Source: Azolla caroliniana
Lineage: Eukaryota > Plantae > Polypodiophyta
Direction of reading: 5' to 3'
Length of the DNA stretch: 64,000 nucleotides
NCBI GenBank assembly: GCA_043228905.1
Contig: JBHGNT010000006.1
Location: 9,362,001 to 9,426,000 of the forward strand
Part shown: one piece after another, positions 40,345 through 52,842 of the stretch
Position numbering within the stretch: position 1 is the first letter of the stretch
Layout: the number at the start of each line of letters is the position of its first letter
Program-made: the position numbers and the translations under genes
The notes under the pieces: generated by a model
The model's input: the letters and a program-made list of their open reading frames with translations, nothing else
The model's database searches: none
Told to the model about the DNA's origin: nothing

Positions 40345-42605
40345 GGGAGTCTCACGTTGAGCTCCATTCCAAGCTCAATGCAGTAAAAATTGGTTATGTC
40401 GGTCGTGAGTTAGGTGGTCGAGCTGCTGCTTGGTGGTGTGGCATAATGATTGCAAAGAAGTTACCCACAACTTGGGAAGGTTTCGTCGATGTTTTTAAGA
40501 AATAGTTCTTCAGCCACCTTCTCAAACCGAACGAGTGCAAAACTTGCTCACGTTGTCAAGCAAGCCATTTACCTCTCTCGAGGATTATGTGCATCATGCT
40601 CAGACCCAGATCCAAAAATTGGGACTTATAGGTGAGAAATGGTTTGTCGTTTGTTTTCTGAATGGTATTCCCAATGGGGATTACCATTGGATTGTCCATG
40701 ACAAGGACCCCGCAACTTTCAAGGAAGTTGTCAACATTGTACTTCGGTACCATAGGACTTCCCAGAAAGACCACAATAAACTTGAGTTCGCCAAAACTTT
40801 GAATTTCAAGTTCATTGGGAAATGTAAGCAATCTAGTGACACTCTTGACCGCAACTCAAAGAAACCGAACCTCTTTTGTGCATATTGCAAGAAGCGGGGC
40901 CACACAAAGGATACCTATCATCGTCTTGAGAGGAAGTCAATGAACACCCCTCCTCAAGACAAATCTACGAGTCACACAGGTGAGTCTTTTGATGTTATTG
41001 AAGTTCATACCAACCACTTAAGTTCATGTGAATGCACTTTTCCTTCACATTTACTTGGACCTAATGATTTACTCCGAGCAATTAGTTATATCAATGGAAC
41101 ACAAGCACATTTCTTGTTTGATTCTGGTAGTTCTCACAATTTTCTTAATGATCACTTGGTGCAGCAAATGCAACTCCAAATAAACGCACGTGATCATATC
41201 TATAAAGTTCACATGGCAAATGGAGGCGTTCAATACATTAGTGGCATTGTTTGTCAACTGCAAATTCAAATAGATTCGTATATGGAGAAGCTTGACTTTC
41301 ATGTTATGAAACTACAAATCCACATATGTTATTTTAGGATACCCTTGGTTTTTTAATAAAAACCCTTCTTTGTCAATTGATTGGGTTAATCACTCAATCA
41401 CATTTGAACTTAATAATTGTAAACATTTTATTCAATGTTCCAAACTTCTCCTTCACTTGTGTCTTCTAAATCTTTAAGTGAGTATTCTAGTTCATCAATT
41501 TATTTGTGTGTATTTGATCCCACACTTCAATTTTATTATTTTAATCTTGACGCCACACAATTACCAAATTATGAACGACAATTAATCGACTCTATTTTAG
41601 ACGATTTTCAAGACGTGTTTCCTAACGAATTGCTGCGTTCTTTACCACCAAAACGTAATGTGGACCACCAAATTGAACTCATCCTTGCTGTTGCCCCTAT
41701 GAGCATTCCACCTTATTGACTCAGTCGATTAGAAGAGGATGAGATCGCCAACCAACTTAAGGAATACTTGAGTATGGGCCACATTAGGTATCAATGTTAA
41801 GAAGGAAGGTCCATGGCAAATGTGTATCAATTATCGCCATTTGAATAAATGACAATTAAAAATGCATATCCGTTACCTCATGCCGATGATTTGATTGATC
41901 GTTTGCATGGGGCCTGATATTTTACGAAAATTGACTTAGGAATAGGTTATCATCAAATTCGCATTGCCGAGGATGATATTCCTAAAACCGCTTTCTGTAC
42001 GCACTATGACCATTATGAGTTTTTAGTTGTGCCTTTCGAGTTGACCAATGCTCCAACCACATTCCAACAAGCGATGAATGACATTTTCTGAGATAAACTC
42101 GGTGATTTTGTTGTCTTCTTCTTGGATGATATTCTGATATATAGTCATACCTTGCAAGATCATGTTCAACATGTTTGATTTGTTTTGCAAAAGTTGTGTG
42201 ACAACTCTTTCTATACAAAACATTCATAATGTGATGTTTTTCCAAAAATCTATTGTGTACCTAGGTCATTTAATTACGGAAAATGGCGTTGAAATTGAAC
42301 CTTCTCGTATTGAAAAGGTTACACTTTGGTCCGTTCCTCGTAATATTCGTGAACTTCGATCATGCTTAGGATTTATGGATTTTTATGAAAATCAATTTGT
42401 AATTATTCTAAATTGATTACGCCATTAATGGTGACCTTTTAAAAGATTATCCACGTAAGTCTGTCAAACCAATTTTACGGAATGAAGAACTTGACAAATC
42501 ATTTGAGACATTCAAAGCGCATGTGTGTCAGGCTCCAACTCTTCTATTACCGAATCTGTCCAAGCCTTTCTCAATCGAAACCGATGCTAGTGATTATGCT
42601 ATTAG
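40345..42605 (+). mobile_element. Gypsy family B internal region, copy B1 (gag-PR-RT-RNaseH, degenerate, truncated)
   Basis: CAYCKKRGH knuckle, LFDSGSSHNF, LPPKRNVDHQIEL, FTKIDL..GYHQIRI, FLDDILIYS, IETDASDYAI. Confidence 0.9.
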
Positions 42606-43224
42606 GCTTAACTACCCTCATAAGGACATTACGTCCTCGGAAGGCTCTTGTCTTAGACACCGGTGGTGCGACCTAGGCTTTCATTTCGACGGTTGTGTAA
42701 TCTCTTCCAAGGTATTAGTCATCCTAATATCCGACGGTTGTCATGATATGGCAAGGCTCGAACCCATGACCTTATATTACATGGGTTGAGCTCTTACCAT
42801 TAGGCTATGTATTGTAATACGAAAGATATTATTTTCATTTAAGTTTTACTATAGAAAATTGATGTATATTCTAGATTTCTCTGGCACATTCTAGAAACTC
42901 CAGGAATACTCCCGAGAACACTAAAAGTGAAGGCACAAGGCATTATTTCGAACCAAATCGGTTCAACGCTAGTCTTAAGCCTCCTAGGTACTATTGTATA
43001 TTCCCTTAACATAATATATATATTTTGTTATCCTCATTCTCTCATTCTCTCTCTCACTCACTCACTGTTTCATTCTCTCGAGAGTTCTACACCTCCCCTA
43101 GTACTAATCCTCATATTTTAGTACTAATTCCTTCTCTGTCTTAGTACTATTCCTGACAGTACTTCTTTGTCTTAGTACTGCTCCTGATAGTTTGAACCGA
43201 TTTTCCTCCCCTTCTCTTCCTTTA

Positions 43225-46200
43225 TCTGGAGAGACCAATTTCCCAACAATCCCCCCCTTCACTTCAGCATGGGATATCTTGTTAGCCCGATCCGCTTTCG
43301 GCACACGTCGAGCTTGTCAGTTGTCAGGACCTTGGCTCCGTGTGGATCTTTGTCAGCACAAACTCTTGATCTTCTACTCTCTCCCAGATCTAGTGCTACC
43401 TCCGCTGGATATGTTTTGTCTGGGAATGGTAGGCCGCGTTCTTTGCAAGGTGGATGACACTTTGACTGTCGCAGTAGAGCCGGTATTCCTCATGTTGGAT
43501 TCCTAGCTCTCCGATGAAGTCCTTCATCCAGATTATCTCCTTGCCGGCTTCTACAACTACCATGTACTCTACCTCCGTGGTTGACAATGAAACCGTCTTC
43601 TGCAGCCTCGACTGCCACGAAACAACTCCCCCATGCATAAGTCATGACATATCTGGAGGCACATACTCGGGATGCCTTTCAGATACCGGAGTATCCACTT
43701 GACCGCGTTCCAATGCTGTCTTCTAGGATTGCTCATGAACCGGCTCACCACTCCGACTGCATATCCGATATCCGGCCGGGTACATACCATCGCGTACATC
43801 AAGCTCCCGACGGAAGAGACATATGGTATCTTCATCATATCCATCTTCTTCGCCTTTGTCCTCGGGCTTTGTTTTCCAGATAGCTTGCAGTTTACTAGAA
43901 GTGTCGATCCGACCGGTTTCGCCTCCGACATGTTGAACCGTTGAAGCACCTTTGTCACATACTTCTCTTGTGACAACCACAATAGCTTCTTCGACCGGTC
44001 CTGGATGATGTGCATTCCCAATATCTGTCTTGCCGGCCCCAAGTCTTTTATTGAAAAGGTCCGGTTCAGAGCCTTCTTCAGCATCCGAAGCTTGCCTTGG
44101 TCTCGTCCAACAATCAACATATCATCCACATACAGGAGGAGTATCCGGAAATCTCCTCCAAATTTCTTCACAAACACGCAGTGATCGGCCTGCGTCTTGT
44201 GGTACCCTTTGTTAGTCATGAAGGAGTTGAACTTCCTGTACCATTGCCGGGGAGCTTGCTTCAGTCTGTATAGGCTCTTCTTCAGCCGGCACACCAAGTG
44301 CTCCTTCCCCTTCCTTTCAAATCCATTCAGTTGATGCATGTAGATCTCTTCTTCAAAGTCGCCATGTAGGAATGCCGTCTTGACGTCCAATTGCTCTACC
44401 TTGAGATCCATGCTTGCCGGTATGCCTAATACCGTCCGGATGGATGTCATCTTTACTACCGGGGCAAAGATCTCATCGAAATCCACTCTTTTCTTCTGCT
44501 GGAAACCCTTCACCACGATTCGGGCCTTATACCTGGGTGGATTTCCGGCATCTCCCGGTTTCAACTTGTACACCCACTTGTTCCGGAGTGCCCTCTTTCC
44601 TTTCGGCAACTCCGTCAGTTCATACATGTGGTTCTCATGTAGGGAATCTATCTCATCCTGCATGGCACTCAACCACTTGTGGCTGTGGGTGTCTCTCTTT
44701 ACTTCTTCGAAGCTTTCCGGCTCCCCCTCATCGGCTAGCAACACATGCTCTGCATTTGGAAATCTCCGGGGGGCTCTTCTCTCTCGAAGAGGATATCTCC
44801 GTCCCTGGTTTGTGACTACCGGTTCCTCCGTTTTTTCCTCATTCAAATCTGATTCAGGATCTTGTCCGGTTTCGGTGTCTTCTTCTTCTTCTTCTTCGGT
44901 CGGTTCGGTTTCTTGTCCGTAACCGGGCGGTTCGTCGAGTGTCATCCAGTTACTGGCTAGCGTCCGGTTTTCAATCGGGCAAGTCCTTGTGTCCTCGAGC
45001 CGGTTTTCATTGAATGATCTGGAGTTCATCACCTTCTTCTCTGACTCCTAGTAGGCAATGGTCCTGTCTTCCATGAAGACTATGTCCCGACTTCGGAACA
45101 CCTTCTTGTCGACCAGATCCCACATCCGGTAACCGAATTGATCATCGTCGTATCCAAGGAATATGCATGGCCTGGACTTCGGATCCAACTTTGCTCTCTT
45201 GTCCTTTACAACATGCACATATGCGAGACATCCAAACACCTTCAAATGTTGGTAAGATACATCTTTACTAGTCCATACTTTCTGAGGTGAGTCTCCTTCC
45301 AAGGGCGTTGAGGGTGATCTATTTATCACATAGGTCGCCGTCGTCAGCGCCTCAGCCTAAAACGTCTTGGGTAACTTTGCATGAGCTAACATGCTCCAAA
45401 CTCTCTCCATTATGGTCCGGTTCATCCTTTCGGCCAACCCGTTTAGTTCCGGCGTCTTCGGCACAGTAAACTCGAGCCGGATTCCCTTCGACTGGCAGTA
45501 CTCCTCGAATTGCCCCCGATATTATCCTCCGCCTTCAACTTTCGACGGGTTTCTCTTTTCACTCTCGCATGGAGCTCCTTGAAGACGGATAGCACCTGAT
45601 CCTTCGTCTTCAATGGTGAGACCCACAACTTCCGGCTGTGGTCATCTATGAACGTCACAAAGTATTGCGATTCAGCAAGTGACTTCGTGTCCACTTGACA
45701 CACATCAGTATGCACCAGCTCTAGTGGTGCATTCCGTCTCATTGGCGGTCTTGACCGGAAGGAGGTTCGGTTTTGCTTGACGGCCAAGAAATCAATGCAC
45801 TTCTCAAGTTGCACATCCTTCACTGGAATGAGGTTGTCTTCGGCAAGCCTCTTCATCCCCTTCTCACTCGTGTGACACAGTCTTTTGTGCCACAGCTCAC
45901 CGGCAATGTCGGATGCTATGTTCACTTCTTCCCAGCATATCCAGGCATTGATCAAGTACATTGTGTTGATCTTCCGGGCTCGAACCACTATCAAGCTTCC
46001 CTTGCTAAACTTCATCACACCGTTCCGGATTCTACCTGTGTAGCCTTCATCATCTAGCCGACCGGTTGATATCAGGTTCAGTCGAACCTCCGGAATGTGT
46101 CAGACATCCTTCAACAACAATTTGTATCCGGTTGATGTTGTCAACAACACATCTCCTATGCCGATAATTTGGCATGTGCCTTCATTCCCCATCCGAATAC

Positions 46201-47732
46201 AACCATGAACACCGACTATGTAGGATGAGAAGCATTTCTGATCCGGTGTCAGGTGGAACGATGCTCCAGAATCGACAACCCATGTTGTCTCGTCGCCGAC
46301 AAGGTTTAACTCATTCTCTTCGGTAATGAGCATCAGTTCTTCTTCACTTGCGCGATCGCTGATGTTCCTTTACGATCTGGACCTCTCTGGTCCGAACTAT
46401 TTCGGTCCGAACTCTTCTTTGAATCGGTAGTGCCATTTCCTTCTCCTTCCGGAAATGCCAGCAATTCTTCTGGAAGTGTGCCGATTTCCCACAATAGAAG
46501 CACGTGGGCCTCACCCTTAACTTCGACCTCGTCCCTGATTTGTCCCGGTTTTGGGGACTCCAATATCGGCCTCTTCCCCGATTATGGTCATCTTCCGTGA
46601 CAAAGGCCTTCGGATTGGTTCCAGACACCGGTCCTTCTGGCGAGCTTCTTCATCTAGCAAGCTTGATTTTACCCTTGCTAGGGACAATTGTTTTCCTTCC
46701 GGCCCGACGTTTCCCAACGTGACAACTGACGTTTCCTAGCTATTCTGGAGGGAACCGAGCAGGAGCAATGCGAGTACCTCATCAGCGAGAGGTAATTCCA
46801 ACAAGGTTGCTTGATGTATTAGCCCCTAGAAGGCATTCATGTGCTCTACTATACTGGAGTCATCCTGGTACCGGAGCCTCACTAACTTCCGGAATACCGA
46901 AACCCGATTAACGGCATTCTTGTTCTAGAACATGATGCCGATCTTCTCCCAGAGTTCATGAGCCTTGCTCTCTTCATTGAAGTTGTTGTACAGGCTCATG
47001 TCGATGAAGCACAAAATATATGCCATAATCTTCATGTGCATCACCTCCCACACTATGGCGTCGATCTTATCCTGTTCTTTGTCCCCGAACTGAACCGACA
47101 ACCAAAGATCTTTAACCACCAGCATATCCCTCATCTTCAACTTCCACACTGAGTAGTTGGAGCCGGTGAGCTTGAACATGCCGCTGAAGGATTCATCCAT
47201 TCCCTGTGTTGTTCGCTCTGATACCACTTGTCGAGGATTAGTGAGGAATATTGCTTGGCCACAACCAAGTCTTGAATCACTTCTATGAGAATGAAACATA
47301 GAGATGGGAAATGGAGAGTACACAAAGGAAATACACAAGATGTTTAGGTGGAAAACCCGAATAGTGAAAAACCACGGGAGTCCACAGACTCCAACTATCA
47401 CTATGGGAAAAAAGTTACAATTAGAGCCTCAGAGGCAACAACCTTGAGCTCTGTATCTTCGCGAACCAACAGTTACAACAGAGTATCTCTCTGTATCACA
47501 CACTCTCTTTCTCGCTCTCTGTACAACAGTTACAACAGTATAACCACTACAACCTTTTTTAAAGTGATTTCCCTAAGTCATATTTATAATTATATGAACT
47601 TAGGGCTATTTACAAATATAGCCTCAATAGGCTTACTCAAAACATATTTAAAGATATGTCTTCTCTTCCGGTTCTCACCGGGTCCTCTTTACTCATCACC
47701 GGATCCCATCCGGAGAGACCGATTTCCCAATA
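43225..47732 (-). mobile_element. Ty1/Copia element B (Tnt1/Tork-like), degenerate, 3' LTR mostly deleted
   Basis: 5' LTR 47229-47732; PBS TGGTATCAGAGC on minus at about 47215-47226; KLTGSNYSVWK, CFYCGKSAHFQKNC, VVDSGASFH, LWHKRLCH, LVHTDVC, YKARIVVKGFQQ, LLYVDDMLIVG; PPT and a 24-bp LTR stub at 43225-43260. Confidence 0.92.
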
Positions 47733-50700
47733 ATAATCGCCTCTTCGAACGACATTCGGAATGTTAGTTCCAAATGCCAAGGACAAGATCGGAGCCCACC
47801 TACGCTTCAATCGTAGCAAAGCCTTTCCCAAGGGAGTCATTCAATACGTCTCCAACAAATACTCCGACTCCAATGGAAATCGACACCACACGTGGTCGCG
47901 GACCACTATTGGAAGAAGAAAAGCAGCGACGCAAGGCAAATCGATTATGTCTTTATTGCGGTGGACCGGGGCATATTGCAGTGAACTGCCCCCATCAGCC
48001 GAAAAGGTAGGTAAATAAAAAAACCGCTAGTACTAATAGTACTAAACCCGAGTCTATTTCTATAGGTGTGCCTGATAATCCTAATAGCCCAAGCCTTTCA
48101 AATAAATTTGAAATCCTTTGTCAACTAGAAGAAGAGTTAAACGATTAGGTCCAGCCAAAATAGGAGCCATTTGGTTGGATAGCCCTAGATCTGTGCAACC
48201 GATTAGTGGTTCCATTTCCTCTAAGCAAGTTAGCAATGTGTTCTTAGCTCAAGTAATGGTTAGTACTACAAGGACTCCTCCAGTACATGTCTTAGCACTC
48301 TTAGATTCCGAAGCCAACCCTTCCTTAATGGATAGGAATTTTGCCCAAGCTCATCAGATATCCCTAAAAAAACTCTCGTATCCAGCCTCTGTAGTAGTCA
48401 TTGATGGTCGTCCTATTGCTTCCAGAAATATTATAGAAGAGTCAGAACCCGTTAATATTGTCCCGGTTAACTTAGCGTGTGTAGTATCATTTAATATAAT
48501 TAGTATCCCAAAACATCCCATTGTTTTGGGATTACCATGGTTCGAATTACATAACCTAGCCATAGATTGGAGAACAAGAGAAATACGGTGTCGACAAACC
48601 CAAGGATCTACCCATAAGATTGAAACCATTTCGCTACATCAGTTGCGTGAGGAAGGACGCAAGGAAGAAATGTTTCTCTTTGCAATACCAGTAAACCCCT
48701 CCAGTATCAATAAAGAGGAGTCCACCATTCAACTTCTAGAGAAGTATCGTCATTATGCCGATGTGTTCGATAAAGTACGAGCCAATACGCTTCCTCACCA
48801 TCGACCGTATGATTGCCCCATCGATTTACAACCGGGAAAAGAGCTACCATGGGGACTGATCTACAATTTGTCACCAATCGAGCAAGAAGTCCTTCGAGCC
48901 TATATAGAGGAGAATTTGGCAAATGGTTTCATTCGACATTCGAAATCTCCAGCCAGCGCACCCATTTTCTTCGTAAAGAAAAAGGATGGATCACTTCGTC
49001 TCATCGTAGATTACCGTGGATTGAATAAAGTCACCATCAGGAATAGGTATGCACTTCCCCTTATCTCAAGTCTTTTAGAACGGATCAATGGTGCAAGGTT
49101 CTTCACAAAGATCAACTTACGAGGAGCATATAACCTCGTACAGATCCGACCAGGAGATGAATGGAAGAATGTGTTTCGCACCAGATATGGGCACTTCGAG
49201 TATACGGTCATGCCATTCGGCCTCACTAATGCGTCATCCGTCTTCTAGCACATGGCAAATGATATATTCTGAGATCTCTTGGATGATTTTTTGATCATCT
49301 ATTTGGATGATCTGTTGGTTTATTCAAAGACCCAAGAAGAGCGTGATTGTTATGTACTGTTAGTACTAAAACGACTTCAAGAACATGGTCTTTATGCAAA
49401 GCTAGAAAAAGGTAGTTTCGGGTGCAACCAGGTAGAATTTTTGGGCTATGTCATTTCCTTAGAAGGCATCTCCATGGATCTAGCTAAGGTCAAAACGGTG
49501 GTAGAGTGGCAGACTCCACGTTTGTTGCGAGATGTGCAATGCTTTCTAGACTTTGCCAATTTTTACCGCAAGTTCATATGGGATTACTCAAAGCTTGTTC
49601 TGCCTCTCACACAACTTACCAGGAAGGGACAATTGTTCGTTTGGTTTGAAGAAACGGACATGGATTTTGAGAGTCTTAAGAAGGCATTTACATCAGATCC
49701 TATTTTAGCTCATGTTGATCCAGAAAAACCATTCATCGTTGAAGTAGACGCGTCGGATTTCGCCTTGGGTAGTATTCTGTCTCAACAAGGTGATGATGAA
49801 AAGCTACATCCTGTGGCTTTCCATTCACGCTAGTTTGACGCTGCGGAAATCAACTATGAATTCATGATAAGGAGCTATTAGCAATAGTGGACTCTTTTAC
49901 GCAATGGAGGCATTGTGTAGAGGCGTCTTCTCATCAAATCATCGTATTCAGTGATCACAAAAACCTTGCCTACTTTCAGAATGCTCATGTGTTAAATTGA
50001 CGTCAAGCTCGGTGGGCCCAATTCCTCACTCGTTTTGACTTCAAAATTACATATCGTCCAGGGAAGCAACAAGGGAAGGCAAATGCATTATCATGGTGCT
50101 TGTATCTAGCACCACGTGCTGGCGAGCCGGCTTTTGTTAACCAAAAGCAAGTAATCCTGGGACCGGCACGACTGCAAGCAACGCAGGTATTCGGTATGCC
50201 CTTGGATTCCCACGTTATCGGTGCCATACGTGAGGACTTGAAGACAGATGCTTTTGCTCATGCCATTCTAGCACAAATTGATCCCTCTCGAGCATCTTGT
50301 TCACAGTTGCAACAACCAGGTACGGACTATTGACAATTTGAATGTCATGATGCATTACTATTCTTTAAGAAACTCTTGTATGTTCCTAATGGTACTTGTT
50401 GCCTTCAAGTAGTCCAAAACTATCATAACACATATACAGATGGGTATTTTGGTAGTACTAAAACACTAGATTTAGTACAACGATCATTCTGGTGGCCCCA
50501 TATGCGACAATTTGTCGAAGATTTTGTTCGGACTTGTGATACATGTTGTAGAGCAAAAATGCCAAGGCATCATCCATATGGTTTATTAGAACCATGACCA
50601 ATTCCAAGGAAGCCATGACAGTCCATTGCCTTAGATTTCACCACAGATCTTTTGGTCTCTAAGGGATTCGATGCGATCTTAACAGTAGTAGATCAATATA

Positions 50701-51720
50701 CGAAGATGGCCCATTTCCTGCCATGTACTAAGGAAATCTCCAATGAAGAAACCGCTGAAATTGTCATGTGTGAAGTATGTCGGCATCATGGTCTTCCCGA
50801 TAGTATCATCTGCGACCATGGACCCCAATTTGTCTTGAAGTTCTGGAAGAACCTCTTTAAAATGCTTAAGGTCACTTGTAACCTCTCCTCCGGCTACCAC
50901 CCGCAAATAGACGGCCAAGTAGAACGAACAAATTAAACGCTGGAGCAGTATCTTCGGTGCTTTTTAAGCTATCATCAAGATGACTGGGCGAATATTCTCC
51001 ACTTCGCCGAATTTGCATATAATAACTCTGTCCACTCATCAACAAAGGTGACACCATTTTATGCTTACACGGCCTGTCACCCCCTGGTGGTGTGTATTTA
51101 AAACCCTAGAGTTACCTACAAATCCTGGTGCAGAGGATCGTTTGGAGCGGCTACGTAAGATACAAGCGGATTTATCTACTCATCTATAGCAAGCTCAACA
51201 AACACACAAGGTTTATGCGGATCGTCATCGGCTTCCATCCAGTTTTGACATTGGAGATCGGGTGTGGCTACTACGACGACACATCAAGACTACTCGCCCA
51301 TGCGAGAAGTTAGATTATCGACGATTAGGTCCTTTCCGTATTATCAGAAAGATTAATGATGTCGCTTTTCGTCTCGATCTACCTTCGCAACTACGGATAC
51401 ATCTGGTGTTCCATAGTTCTCTCCTAGAACCCTATTAAGACAGCACCAACCTAGGTGCTATTAAACCACGTCCACCCCCAATCGAACTTGAAGATGAACC
51501 TGAGTACGAGGTTTCCGCCATCCTCGATTCCAAGATTGTTCACAAAAAGCTCTACTATTTACTCGATCCATCCTCGATTCCAAGATTGTTCACAAAAAGC
51601 TCTACTATTTACTCGATTGGCTAGGATATAGTCCCAACGAGCATACTTGGGAATCGATAGAGAATGTGACCAATGGTCGTGCTCTTCTTGAAGACTTCCA
51701 TCGTCAATATCCAGACAAAC
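47733..51720 (+). pseudogene. Chromovirus gag C-terminus and pol (PR-RT-RNaseH-INT-chromodomain)
   Basis: PMEID..CLYCGGPGHIAVNC; LLDSEA; RLIVDYRGLNKVT; YLDDLLVYS; EVDASDFALG; SGYHPQIDGQVERTN; LGPF; chromodomain EYEVSAILDSKIV..YYLLDWLGY..TWE. Confidence 0.92.
48136..48187 (+). promoter_or_regulatory. Putative gag/pol -1 frameshift signal (G TTA AAC plus stem/pseudoknot)
   Basis: Heptamer is in the gag frame just before TAG; pol is in the -1 frame; 10-bp stem 48150-48159/48170-48179. Confidence 0.68.
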
Positions 51721-52344
51721 CGGGTCCTCAATCCAAAACGACTCGTGACAGTCATCATTTTAAAGGGGGGATAGTGTCATGATATGGCAAGACTCGAACC
51801 CATGACCTTATATTACATGGGTCGAGCTCTTACCATTAGGCTATGTATTGTAATACGAAGGATATTATTTTCATTTGAGTTTTACTTTAGAAAATTGATG
51901 TATATTCCATATTTCTCTGGAACATTCTAGAAACTTCAAGAGTACTCCTGAGAACACTATAAAAGGAGGCACAATGCATGATTTCGAACCAAATTGGTTC
52001 AACGTTAGTCTTAAGCCTCCTAGCTACTATTGTATATTCCCTTAACATAATATATATCTTTTGTTATCCTCATTCTCTCTCTCTCTCACTCTCACTCTTT
52101 CATTCTCTCGAGAGTTCTACACCTCCCCTAGTACTAATCCTCATCTTTTAGTACTAATTCCTTCTCTGTCTTAGTACTGTTCCTGACAGTACTTCTCTGT
52201 CTTAGTACTGCTCTTGACAACGGTATGGGACGTCAGTGGTAGGTTGGCTATGTCTAGAAACAAGCTCAAGGGTGGTCGGGTGGAATGAGTTTTTCTATCC
52301 AATCTATTTTCCTTCTTTTACTTAATTTTGCTCTATTGAATTAG

Positions 52345-52837
52345 TGTTGGGAAACAGGTCCTTCTAGATGGGATCCTGATGAGAACTAGACGAGTTAGAT
52401 AAGAGGGGACGAAGGAAGGAACCGGATTGGCCGGATCCGGTATGAACCAAAAAATAGGAACATATTTGTAAATATGTTCTGACGTAACGGCTGAGGTCAT
52501 ATTTGTAAATAACCCCAAATTTATATAAGTATAAATATAACTAGGGCAACACCGTTATAAGTAGTGATCATCATTGTAGTTGTATTTTTGTACAAAGAGA
52601 GAGAGAGAGAGAGAGAGATAATGAAAGCTTTTCTGTTGTACGTTGTAACCGCCGCCTCTGACTCTCACATTGTTGTACCTCTCCTCTATAGTGATCCTGA
52701 TCGGAGTACCGAGAACTCCCGTGGTTTTGCCTCTTAAGGTTTTCCACATTAATACTCTGTGTCATCTTATTTTCTGTTTTCTATTTTCTTCCATCGAGTG
52801 AATGAGACTCGGTTGTGGCCGAGCATTATTCCACACA
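52345..52837 (+). mobile_element. Solo LTR of the Copia B/C family
   Basis: TGTTGGGAAA...CCACACA flanked by TSD ATTAG; homologous to the LTR at 56700-57265. Confidence 0.88.
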
Positions 52838-52842
52838 ATTAG

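Larger units (their letters stand above)
42739..52219 (+). mobile_element. Chromovirus (Tcn1-like Gypsy) with chromodomain; most of gag deleted; Copia B nested inside
   Basis: LTRs at 42739-43189 and 51775-52219; TSD ACGGT; PPT AAAGGGGGGATAG; no tRNA PBS. It sits in a family-B LTR fragment (42606-42738 and 52225-52290). Confidence 0.93.

Noticed and set aside
51518-51618. Direct repeat of about 50 bp in the chromodomain region
   Set aside because: Simple local tandem duplication in a dead element.
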